Below are positions 11,429 through 21,742 of a DNA stretch of 38,388 nucleotides, piece after piece. The notes beneath the pieces were generated by a model. It made no database searches, was not told where the DNA came from, and saw only the letters and a list, made by a program, of their open reading frames with translations. The stretch is taken from positions 132,426,020 to 132,464,407 of the forward strand of contig NC_068981.1 of the NCBI RefSeq assembly GCF_001194135.2. Direction: 5' to 3'. Every line of letters begins with the position of its first letter. Position 1 is the stretch's first letter. This stretch comes from Octopus bimaculoides. Lineage: Eukaryota. The translations under genes and the position numbers were made by a program.

Positions 11429-13030
11429 ACTGGTGAGCTGAAGTTTGATTATTGAGTTGCTGTTGAAATATTGTTTTTTTTTTAATTGTTGTAGTGTTCA
11501 TCGAACACTTTGGTTTTTGCTGCCCTGTGACACAGAGAGGAGAGTAAGCAAAGGAAAAAAAATGGAAGAGATTAGTTCTTCAGATTACAGTTACACTGAG
11601 GTGTCCGATTCTGAGCAGTCAGACACCTCGTGGTCCAACAGGAATAGAAACTTCGCAGAGGTGGCTAAAGTAGCAGAGAGTAATATGGATTTGAACGAGT
11701 GGAAGAAATACTACAAAATAATGTAAAGGGATGAAACAAAGGTGGAAGTAACCGCGCCAATGGAGATAATTGATAACAGAACGAAATGTACGGTAGTGTA
11801 CAAAACACACTCAGTAGCTGAAGGAAGAATTAAAGAGATGCCGACGAATCAAGTAGAGAAAGTACTAAGGCTCGTATGGAAGGATATTAGGTTTTTAACA
11901 AGAAGAGGCAGTAAATTTGGTACAAGTAAAGTCCAATTTATTGATATATGCAGTGCATGTTTGAGTGCGGCAATACTATTAAAGATCAAAGAAGTAATGA
12001 TGTTGCCAATATATGGTAGAAATAGTGCGATAAGAGTCAACATAGAAGGAATCCCCCCCCCCCAGACGTCGACGTGGCCTGGACAGTAGCCGTGGTCTTG
12101 CTAGGTAACGAGGAAGAGATAACGGTTGTCCAGGCCACCAAGACGGAAGCAAGGAACTAGAAAGGGCAATCCCTAAATATGGTGATATGGGGACCGAAGG
12201 TTAATATAGAAGAGTTGCCGGAAACAATAGTGTTTGACGACAATGGTAGTCAGAGTAGAGGGCAGGATACCCAGATGCTACAAGTGTGGCCAGAAAGGTC
12301 ACATTAGAGNNNNNNNNNNNNNNNNNNNNNNNNNNNNNNNNNNNNNNNNNNNNNNNNNNNNNNNNNNNNNNNNNNNNNNNNNNNNNNNNNNNNNNNNNNN
12401 NNNNNNNNNNNNNNNNNNNNNNNNNNNNNNNNNNNNNNNNNNNNNNNNNNNNNNNNNNNNNNNNNNNNNNNNNNNNNNNNNNNNNNNNNNNNNNNNNNNN
12501 NNNNNNNNNNNNNNNNNNNNNNNNNNNNNNNNNNNNNNNNNNNNNNNNNNNNNNNNNNNNNNNNNNNNNNNNNNNNNNNNNNNNNNNNNNNNNNNNNNNN
12601 NNNNNNNNNNNNNNNNNNNNNNNNNNNNNNNNNNNNNNNNNNNNNNNNNNNNNNNNNNNNNNNNNNNNNCCTGTTGTTGGACGAGGACCAGAAAGGGAAA
12701 AAATGTTAAAATTCAAAAAAGGATTTATGATATGGCAAGTCGACCTGGACATTCATAAACTGCCGTAGAATATGAACGACACGTTTTTACTGAAGGAGTA
12801 CGGTGTTGATATTTTGGAAGGCTCCGGTTTCAAAAAGAAAAAAAAATGAACAGAGGTTTAAATGAAGTAACTCAGAGGTGGGGCTGAGGAAACTTCATTC
12901 CATTTCTCATTTTCATTGTCATTCATTATAACATACACTTTTCTTTTCTTTTTTTTTTTAATTGTTATGTGTCCCCACATGTGTTTGTGTTGTCCCATCT
13001 GTGTTGGCCCCTTGTAGGCAATAAAGAAAA
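11429..13030 (+). mobile_element. ORF1-only Tx1/L1-like element (HAL1-like; copy 2) with a complete 3' tail
   Basis: ATG at 11562 (MEEISSSDYSY...NFAEVA), RRGSKFG, EGIPP, knuckle RCYKCGQKGHIR before the gap, stop at ~12768. A ~260-nt 3' UTR ends gccccttgtaggcaataaagaaaaa. No ORF2 sequence is visible. Confidence 0.7.
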
Positions 13031-13057
13031 AGAAAAGTTACATTGCAAATACATTCG

Positions 13058-14658
13058 AATTTTATTGTTTGGTTTTGTGCTGTTAGTTTTCGCTGAAGGT
13101 GAGGAGATTGTTATTATTTTTTTTTTCTGACCCAGAAGGTAGGCTGGTCGTTTTAGATTTGACTTTCAGTTGTGGTACAGTGATCACAAGTTTGTCACCT
13201 GTGAGCAGAAACTAGATAAGTTACATAGTAGAGGCTCCGGTTACTGGAAACTCAATAAGTCCCTTTTGGCGATTGAGGATTACAGGAACCGGATTAAGTT
13301 GATGTTACAAAGGGCATTGACAGGTACCATCATTAACAATAAATGGTGGTACGCCCTAAAAAGAGCCATTAAATTTGAGTCTATAGCATAGGTTTAGTAG
13401 CTAGAGAACGTAGGAGGGAATTAGAATTAACCAAGGCCTTAGAGGAAGCAGTGGTGACTGCCAATGCATCTCAGGTGAAGGCTAACAGACTGGAATTAAA
13501 CCAGCACCTCGAAGAAAGCTGGTTTCGTTGAAGATCAGTGTTGGGTACATGGTTTACGGAGTGCCGTAAGGCCCTCCTACTGTTCCGTCGCTCGGGTAGT
13601 GCTAGCGGTTTTGGTACCACCGTGTCATTCTATAGCAAGTTGGTAGAGGCTGGAAACGATGATACCCTGGGGGAGACCCTGGGTCTCGATAATAATCAGT
13701 TAGACAGTCTGTTCCAAAGGACATTCGGGACGAGGGCTTTGGATAACTTCCAAAAATCTCTAACCTGGCAATGTTACCGAGGAGCCTTACCCGTTCGGGA
13801 TAAGCTCACCAGACACGGCCTGCCCGGTCCGTCGGCCTGTCCAAGATATGAGCAGGATAGAGAAACCGTCCTGCACGCTATTGTGCAGTGTTCGAAAGTG
13901 TCAGGAGTGTGTCAGAAGTATTGTCGGATGTAAGAAGAGTACAGCTGTCGTCTGAGTCAATTTTAAAAATTGACCCACCGGATTTCTTCANNNNNNNNNN
14001 NNNNNNNNNNNNNNNNNNNNNNNNNNNNNNNNNNNNNNNNNNNNNNNNNNNNNNNNNNNNNNNNNNNNNNNNNNNNNNNNNNNNNNNNNNNNNNNNNNNN
14101 NNNNNNNNNNNNNNNNNNNNNNNNNNNNNNNNNNNNNNNNNNNNNNNNNNNNNNNNNNNNNNNNNNNNNNNNNNNNNNNNNNNNNNNNNNNNNNNNNNNN
14201 NNNNNNNNNNNNNNNNNNNNNNNNNNNNNNNNNNNNNNNNNNNNNNNNNNNNNNNNNNNNNNNNNNNNNNNNNNNNNNNNNNNNNNNNNNNNNNNNNTTT
14301 TCATCTTTCACCTGAAAAGGAAAGTGGGGCTGGAGAGAAGATGCCTGTCGGAGAGGATATTTAAAGACAGATGGATGTGTGTATCGAGGGTGTTGGGTGT
14401 GAAAGACTCCTCGTGAACGTGCCATAAGGCTGATAAAAAGGGATAGGTAGCGAAACAGGGCTCGTGGAGTCGGAGCGTAACCTGTTCCTCTATCTCATTG
14501 TGTATGTATAATTGTCTTTTGTATTGTATTTTCATCCGTTTGTAATTTCATTCGATTTTATTGTAAACATTATAAATTTTTATTATCATCTGTGTGTCGG
14601 ACCCCATCAAAGCTGTGCTGTCCCCTTTATGCTGGCCTCTTGTGGGCAATAAAGAAAC
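13058..14658 (+). mobile_element. 5'-truncated, internally deleted Tx1/L1-like ORF2 remnant (APE pieces plus C-terminal zinc finger; RT missing) with 3' tail
   Basis: DPEGRLVVLD, YSDHKFV, GSGYWKLNKSLL (APE and linker), then LTWQCYRGALPVRDKL...CPRYEQDRETVLHAIVQC (zf-RVT-like). Tail gcctcttgtgggcaataaagaaac. 26-bp TSD gaaaagttacattgcaaatacattcg at 13032-13057 and 14660-14685. Confidence 0.88.
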
Positions 14659-16242
14659 AGAAAAGTTACATTGCAAATACATTCGCCGATGAAATATAAT
14701 TTCTCTCCTGTTACACCATATGCTACTTTATTTGATTTAAATAATTTCGGCTTACCGATTTTTGGCCATGTTTCTTCATTTATGATAGTGATGTCACTAC
14801 CCGTGTCTAATTGCATTTTAATACTAGTGGTTTCGATTCTCACCTTGAATTTTCTGTTCGTTGTACAAACTTTTCTCTAATGACAAACTATTTATTTTTT
14901 CTCGTTTGGTCCAATTTTTCGTCGTCTTAGTTCTGCAGTGCAATTTAATGTGTCCTGTATTCCCACAGCGAAAACACGGTTTTTTTTTGTTTTGTTTTTT
15001 TGAACGGACACTCTTTTCTTGGGTACCTATCATCACATGTCACACATGGGTTTATCTCCTGATGTATATTGTGTTTTTTGTGAAACACTTTATCCGTCTT
15101 CCGGCTCTTCTACAGTGGTTTTATCTGTAAACAGTTTCTGTGTTGGATTTCTTGTGTCGTTCCTTACTTTTAATATCACATCCCACTCTTCTGACAGTTT
15201 CTGGAGAGTTATAACCTGGTTCATTTCCAGCTTTGCGAGAATTTTTGTTCTGACTTCTGTATCCATTTTAGCAGTAAGTCTCTGAGCAAAAACCGGGAAA
15301 AAAAACCTTAAATTCAAACTACTTTTACATCAATAGATTGACGAATGCCAAACCAATCCTGCATTCGCATTCAATAATTTTCGATTTTATTTGCTTAACT
15401 TAACAATACGCGAAATTATTTTTCATTTTGGCCAGCTGTGTTAACACCTTTTTAATATAATTGCCACCTGGGCAAAAACGTTGCTTGCTCCCAATACCAG
15501 ACATTTAAAATCGATTGAAAAATACGCCAGTGTGCTGGTCAAATTATAATAACATCTGACATGAACTTTTTATAATTGGCAGATTGACTAATTCTTACCG
15601 ATTCTCTAATTAGGCAAATGCGTTGTTTAGCAGTGTTTTCACTTGAGTACATTTTGTTCAAGCGTATAAGAATGATTTATTCGATACTTCTCGACTTAGC
15701 TTTTATCTTCAATTTTCTTAAACTGGATACGTCTGCTATTAAGTTGCAGAAGTTTGGCAGTACAGTTAAAAATCATTTCTGCTTTACTTCTTAGATACAA
15801 TTTTCCCATAAATTTTTACAGCTTCATTTTTTGATGATTGAAATGTCAAACATTTTCTAACCGTTAAAGCAATTCTTTACGTCAACTTTTTAATGCGTCT
15901 CTATTAAAACCATCATAGCTTATGCCTAACTGAAAACGATAGACGATCTCTTATCATTTAGCTGCATGGTTATTCACTACTGTCATTTCTAATCAATTTA
16001 CCGATATTGTCCTTCAAAGCTGCATGCTTTTTTTGAAATGTTTGATTATTTTTTTCTTATTTATCGTTATTCATTTGTTATTATAATAACAGATAAAGAT
16101 TGATACTTCGTTCAAAAACCTTAACGTTTTACTTGCAGAGATGGGTTCAAGTTGCAAAAGACTATACTTTCGTTAAACTTAGTATGTGCATTTTAAAAAA
16201 ATCTCATGACGTTTGGCTTAGTAAAAACCATCTTTACAGATA

Positions 16243-18607
16243 ATGCCTGACCGAAAACGATCAATGCTCTGTTCCAAAAGGAATGCCCTCCTAAAACAGC
16301 GAAAAAGGAAGTTGTGTTCACAGGTACGTTTTTCAACATTCATGTAATTTCGATTTTGCTTCCACACATTCTCGTGTATCCCATTTAAATATTGCACTTT
16401 CATATGTGCTCTACTATTCCTTTCAGGGAACACCAGAAGTAAGAGAGGCCCGTCTTGCTGCTCAGCGTAGTCGTGATCAACGCTCACTACTTGAGGAGTC
16501 AGCAGAAACAAGGCAGGCCCATCTTGCTGTCCAGCGTAGTTGTGATCAACGCTCACTACTTGAGGATCCTGTTGAAGCAAGGCAGGCCCGTCTTGCTTCC
16601 ATGCGTATTCGAAATCAGCGCTCACTCCTTAAGGAGTCAGAAGAAGCAAGGTAGGCCCGTCTTGCTTCCATGCGTAGTCGTGATCAACGCTCAATCCTTG
16701 AGGAGACTGTTGAAGCAAGAGAGGCTCGCGTTGCTGCCCAACATAGTCCATGCCAGCGATCGAGTCTTGAGGAATCATCGGAGGCTAGGGAAAACAGGTT
16801 GGCAGGTCGACGCCAAAGAAATGTTGCTGCTGCAAGGAGCGCATTTTGGATGAGAACTGGATTCAGATACAGTCCTGCAGATGATTTCTCCATTCACCTG
16901 GACGTGACTCTTGGTCAAATGGACAGGGAATGCTAATTTTGTCATGCTAAGAAGTGGGCTGGTGAGGCAGTTGGTCTTTGTTGTTCCGGGGGCAAGGTTT
17001 GACTTCAGCCGCTCACAAATCCACTTAAAGTTCTGAAAACTCTTCTCCTCGACAGCTCCGACCACGCCAAGAAATTCCGAAAAAGCATTTGGAGATATAA
17101 CTCCTGCTTCGCTATGACCTCTTTTGGCGTAAAGAACGTCCACGACAAACATAACATCAACAACGTCAATATTGATGGCAATTTGGCGATTAATCCTGCA
17201 AAAAAGAAGGAGAAACATTACACCTTCAAGATTCAAGGTCAGTGCTATCATCGCATGGGCAGTCTTTGTCCTCAGCCTACCAAGGAACCTAGGTTCTTGT
17301 AGATTTTCTTCATGGGTTGTTCAAACGCAGAAGTTATCCAGCGGTGCAACAGAAATTCAGATGTTGACGCAGCAATTGTTTCTGAGCTCCAAGATATGCT
17401 TCATGCAACACACCCTTATGTCAACGAATTCAAGAATGCGTTGGAGCTTTTGGAAGCCCAACCTGAGCTAAAATTGATAAGTAAAGTTGACAGTTGACCT
17501 GCTGGTGAGCACCCGCGACGTTTTAATGTTCCAACTACCAACGAGGTTGCAGCAATCATAGCTGGCAAAGAAAATGGGAAGCGTGATATTGTCCTCCAGC
17601 ACCGCGATAGCCGACTGTCCTTTGTTTCGGAAACCCATCGGTCGTACGACTGCCTGCAGTACTCCCTAATGTTTCTCTTTGGAGAGGATGGTTACAACTT
17701 TGATATACGCCATGTTGATCCAATCAGGGGTGCTGAATTAACAAAGGCTGTTTCCTGCAAGGAATTCTATGCCTTCAGTCTTATGGTCAGAGACGGTCAG
17801 TTCAACCAACTGCTGCGGTACAAGGAAGTCACAAATCAATTCTTGGTTGACATGTTTGCCAAGATTGAAGGTGAAAGGCTTCTTTATATTCGTCAAAATC
17901 AAAAGAAATTGCGTGTGGACCAATATCTTACCGTTAAGGATCATGTCCAGCTGTACGGTAATGCAAGAAACATTGGCCTTCCGGTGATACTTCCTTCCAG
18001 CCATACCGGGTCTCCACGGTACATGCATCAGCGGACACAGGATGCCATGGCATATGTCCGCAAATTTGATGGACCTGACCTCTTCATCACCTTTACGTGC
18101 AACTCAACTTGGCGAGAGATAAAGGAAAACTTATTCGAGAGCCAGGCGGCATGCGACAAACACGACTTAGTGGCCAGAGTTTTCCACGGCAAATTGCAGA
18201 AGTTAATGTGGCTATTGAAACATGGCACTGTCTACGGAAAACTGAACGCGTGGATGTACACTGTAGAATGGCAAAAGCGGGGGTCTTCCACACGCCCATA
18301 TACTGATTTGGTGCCAAGAAAAAATCAGACCTACGGACGTCGATCAGATTATATGTGCAGAGCTGCTTGACCCTAATGTCGACTTGGAGCTATTCAAAAT
18401 CGTGTTGGTGCATATGATACACGGGCTTTGTGGTGTCTTGAATCCTAATTCTCCATGTATGGAAAACATTAGATGTTCAAAGCACTATCCCAAGGCTTTC
18501 AACAGGTCTACATGTACTGGTATTGATGGCTGCCCCATTTACCGATGACGTGCCCCTGACTTTGGAGGAATTTCGGCGAAAAAAAGGATAAAGGGCAAAG
18601 ACACATA
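16243..18607 (+). mobile_element. Helitron RepHel pseudogene, N-terminal half (STPR-like repeats, Zn-binding region, Rep motifs 1-2), truncated before Rep motif 3 and the helicase
   Basis: One frame from 16427 with scattered stops: C*FCHAKKWAGEAVGLCCSGGKV, YNSCFAMTSFG, FKIQGQCYHRMGSL, HPRRFNVPTTNEVA, YDCLQYSLMFLFGEDG, ILPSSHTGSPRYM, PDLFITFTCN, VEWQKRG then (frameshift at the G-run 18279-18283) LPHAHILIW (HUH). Confidence 0.95.
16446..16800 (+). repeat. 69-bp (23-aa) coding tandem repeat, 5 units plus a partial, STPR-like
   Basis: Units start at 16446, 16515, 16584, 16653 and 16722 (ARLAAQRSRDQRSLLEESAETRQ-like). Confidence 0.9.
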
Positions 18608-18609
18608 TT

Positions 18610-19705
18610 CCATTCTATTATGTTCTTATATCTATATGTACACACAAATTTGCTGTCTTCCAACTCGTTACCATCCAGAATAGCTCCTTATTGTCCTCGT
18701 CCGCCATTATGCAAGCGTAGTTTACTTTATGGGGAGGGGAATTTTTTGTGCTTTGTTGTGTCTGCGATTCTTTTTAGCTTGTCTAGGAGGGGAATGGGTA
18801 GGTTCGGTGTCTGTAGGAAGAGGGTAGGTCTCAGAGGGTATTGGTGGGGTGAGCAAGGTTTGAGGTTCCACATTACACCTTTTCTCTTTTTCCTTTTTCC
18901 ATCTGCCACTCTCCATTCTTCTTCTCTTTCCTCCTCTTTTTCTTTTTCCTCCTCTTGCTTCTTTTCCGGCATTTCTTCTGTTGTTCACTTCTGTAGAGGG
19001 CAGTATGCTCTAATGTGGCCTTTCAATACCAGTTCACCAATTGACACTGCCTCCGCCAAATTTTCTAGTGTCTCCACCGCAGCTTGTATATACACTGAGT
19101 CGTCCGTTTTTGTGGCTTGGAGGATGGCCACCTCCTTCTCGCTACCCAGGAGAATAGCCGCCACGACCCAAACCACACCAATTTCTGGTGGAATTCCTTC
19201 CACCCTTATCCTTGATGTCCTTCTTCTCATATATGTGGGTAGAAGGATCGATCATTTTATCGGTTTTTATTGTTCCCGTTGCATTCTCTATTGCTTTTGC
19301 TTCCGACTTGAATAGTACTATTATGGATCCAAATTTACTTCCTCTGGCCAGATACGTAATATCTGGCCAGACCGAGCATAATGCCTTTTCAATGATCCTT
19401 TCTTCCACACGTTCAATTCTCCTGTTTTCCATCGAGTATACGTTATATATCACAGTTTTTCTGTCAATCTGTTCCATTTTATTCTGAGGTGGTGTCAGCT
19501 TAACGTCACCACCTACTCTGGTAGTCATTCTTCCGTAACTTTCCATGTTGGAGAGGTCTATCTCCCTCTTCCTCACCTCCGCTGCCTCTGCAAAACTTTT
19601 CTTCTCTAAAACTTTATCCATTCTTCCGATGGCACGAACCAACTCCTCCTCCGAAGAGGAGAATTCGGAACCGCTAAATTCCGAATAGTACATTTTCGTT
19701 GCTTA
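18610..19705 (-). mobile_element. Tx1/L1-like ORF1 (copy 3); no 3' tail, abutting the Helitron break
   Basis: ORF 19142-19693 MYYSEFSGSEFSSSEEE...SFAEAA...TVIYNVYS...LARGSKFG; frameshift to RIRVEGIPPEIGVVWV...KGHIRAYC (first two knuckle Cys deleted); acidic/basic C-terminus. Confidence 0.75.
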
Positions 19706-19711
19706 TCTCTC

Positions 19712-20020
19712 GATAATATCTCCTCATGTCACAGCTTTGCGATGTTCCACTACCCTTATTTTGAGGGGGCGCCATGTTTCGCTTTGCATAACCTACCACA
19801 GCTGCATGGGATGGAGTACACGCAGTTTTTGGTCATATTCTCTTCTATTGGTGGTTTTACTCGAAGGAGATATTTGCGAAGTGTTGTATTACTCTTGAAT
19901 ACTGTCCGGATGCCATATGGGCCGCATATCTTTTGTATCTTTTCGGAGACAGTTTATTGGTTTCACCCTCTCTTTTCTTCATAATTGGAGTAGATAGTAT
20001 GTTTTGGGGGTAAGCCCTAA
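19712..20020 (-). mobile_element. Penelope-like element fragment: RT-EN linker and N-terminal half of the GIY-YIG endonuclease
   Basis: Minus strand reads AYPQNILSTPIMKKREGETNKL, then (shift) SEKIQKICGPYGIRTVFKSNTTLRKYLLRVKPPIEENMTKNCVYSIPCSCGRLCK, then (shift) ETWRPLKIRVVEHRKAV. This fits the PLE pattern VY.IPC.CG..Y.GET.R.L..R..EH. Confidence 0.85.
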
Positions 20021-20039
20021 AAATTCACTCCATAATTAT

Positions 20040-20216
20040 CCACGGCATATGGCGTAGTGGTTAAGAGCGCGGGCTACTAGCCCCAAGATTCCGAGTTCGA
20101 TTCCAGGCTGTGACCTGAATAATAATGATAAAAATAACAACAATAACAACAACAATAACAATAGCAACAACAACAATAACAATAGCAACAACAACAATAA
20201 CAATAGCAACAATAAC

Positions 20217-20254
<38 letters not shown>

Positions 20255-20441
20255 TAACATCGAAAAATACTTTAGGAATGAGAATCCAGGTTCGAAATTT
20301 CCCCCAAGACACCTGATGAAGGCTGGAGAGTATATCAGCCGAAACGTTGTGTTAACAACAAACAAAATGAGGACAAATATCCGTCAAATCTAAATAATGT
20401 AAATAATGTACATAATTCCTCATCTCTTAAATATAGAACTG
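20040..20441 (+). mobile_element. SINE-like family D: tRNA-derived head + (AAT/AAC)n + hammerhead-ribozyme module + 93-nt 3' tail
   Basis: A box tggcgtagtgg (20050-20060), B box gttcgattcc (20095-20104), microsatellite ~20118-20258, ribozyme 20308-20353. The 3' part recurs at 27734-27850 (-). Confidence 0.85.
20308..20353 (+). ncRNA. Minimal type I hammerhead ribozyme (palindromic stem III, predicted to act as a dimer)
   Basis: Stem I gacac (20308-12) / gtgtt (20349-53); CUGAUGA 20313-19; extra A 20320; stem II ggctg (20321-25) / cagcc (20336-40); GAAA 20341-44; palindrome AACGUU 20343-48; predicted cleavage after GUU at 20348. Confidence 0.8.
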
Positions 20442-20908
20442 AATAAATGATATGTGTGTGTGTGTATGTGTGTATGTGTGTGTGTGTATATGTATGTATA
20501 CTGACGCACAAACGCGCGCACGCGAGCTTGTCACGTCACTTGACGTGTTATATATCAAGATCATTATTTTGGTTTTAAGTTGTAGAGATTTTGTCACGTG
20601 CTGGCAGTTTCGAATATTTAAACGAGATTATATCACGTTACGTACCTTATGCGTAATAAAAAAAACAGAATATATAAAAGAGTGAGTGCAAAGGACGGAA
20701 AGACATGAGCGAAATTAGAAATGTAAGTGCAGCTGTTCGGGTGGGTATGTGTGTTTGCGCTGCCATTTTAACACAGGGATGCACTGGGCAGTTTCCCGGA
20801 TGTCCAACGGGTGTACGTGTATAATACCAATCTATGTACGTTGTAACTTACTGTCGATAAATAAATATTAAAGGGTCCAATGCAGTCATTTGCCCAAGAG
20901 TCCTATAA

Positions 20909-21742
20909 TAGGGGTTCTCAAACATATTTTATCTATGGACTCCTTTGATTACTATTTTATTCTGGTGGGCCCCCCATAGCCATTCGATGTCTAAAAACTA
21001 GCTTTCTACAAACGTCATTGAAAACTCTTGTTTTGTTTTTCATACATTAACTTATGTAGATTGAACTACGTAAAATGTGAGAGAGATAAACCTAGCTGTT
21101 TCTTGCAATAAATTCATCTAAAGCAAAATGTTTTCAAGGACCCTTAAAATACTACTGTAGATTCCCAAATTTACTATTTTGCTTGTAGGGATCCCCTTTG
21201 GTTACTATCTTATTCTGGTGGACACCCATAGCCATTTGACGTTTAAAATTTTGTTTTATAGATACTTCATTCAAAATTCCTATTTTGTTTTTCACATATC
21301 AACTAGGTTGAACTATGTAAAATGTTAGAGAAAGAAACCCAGCTGTTTCTTGCAATACATACCAATACATACATCTAAAGTAAAATCATTCCAGGTCCTC
21401 TTATAATACCATTGTGAATCTCCAATTTACTGTTTTTCAAAGCATGGACCCCTTCTGTTAACTATTTTATTCTGGTGGGCCCTCATAGCCATTCGATGTT
21501 TAAAAACTTGTTTTATAGAAACTTCTTAGAAAATTCCTATTTTGTTTTTTACACATTAACCTGTGTAGGATGAACGTTCGAGAAAGAAACCTAACTGGTT
21601 CTTGCAATACATACATACCAATACATACATCCAAAGTAAAATTTTTTCATGGGCCCTTAAAATACTATTAGGGAACCCTAACTTACTATTTTGTTGCGTG
21701 GACCCACAAAAATCTTATATGGACCCCGGTTGAGAACCATTA
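20909..21742. mobile_element. hAT (Charlie-like) MITE with three internal ~255-bp tandem units
   Basis: Ends taggggttctcaaac ... ggttgagaaccatta; 8-bp flanks tcctataa / gtctataa. Units begin ggactcctttgattactattttattctggtgg at ~20937, ~21189 and ~21447. Confidence 0.75.

Larger units (their letters stand above)
9020..15310 (-). mobile_element. Ty3/gypsy LTR retrotransposon gag-pro-RT-RNaseH remnant (no LTRs or integrase visible), interrupted by three insertions
   Basis: gag AQRLTAKMDTEVRTKILAKLE (15090-15300); knuckle CFRCGNTGHIKLHC (~14930-14975); protease MQLDTGSDITII (14660-14843), continuing at 11230-11405 (NLFGTECIVLF); RT GLYKLKRLPFRVKVASAIFQQVMDAML...AYLEDILI (10531-10790; YLDD mutated); RNaseH LATDASEYGVGAVL...AIAYPSRTL (10120-10260), continuing YSQIEKEVLAIIF...HRFILGRRFRLQTDHRPLL (9180-9394). 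Confidence 0.93.

Noticed and set aside
11429-14658. One full-length ORF1+ORF2 LINE
   Set aside because: ORF1 is followed by its own 3' tail and a target-site copy before the ORF2 remnant starts, so these are two insertions. The ORF2 piece also lacks RT.
16446-16800. CRISPR-like or non-coding repeat array
   Set aside because: The units are contiguous 69-bp in-frame coding repeats without unique spacers, in a eukaryotic Helitron ORF.
17738-18317. Antisense and alternate-frame ORFs over the Helitron Rep (also over the mariner, gypsy and R4 remnants)
   Set aside because: They are shadow frames of recognisable TE coding sequence with no independent motifs.
20040-20116. Functional tRNA gene
   Set aside because: It has A and B boxes but no convincing acceptor-stem pairing, and it runs into a microsatellite and repeat body. 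It is a SINE head.
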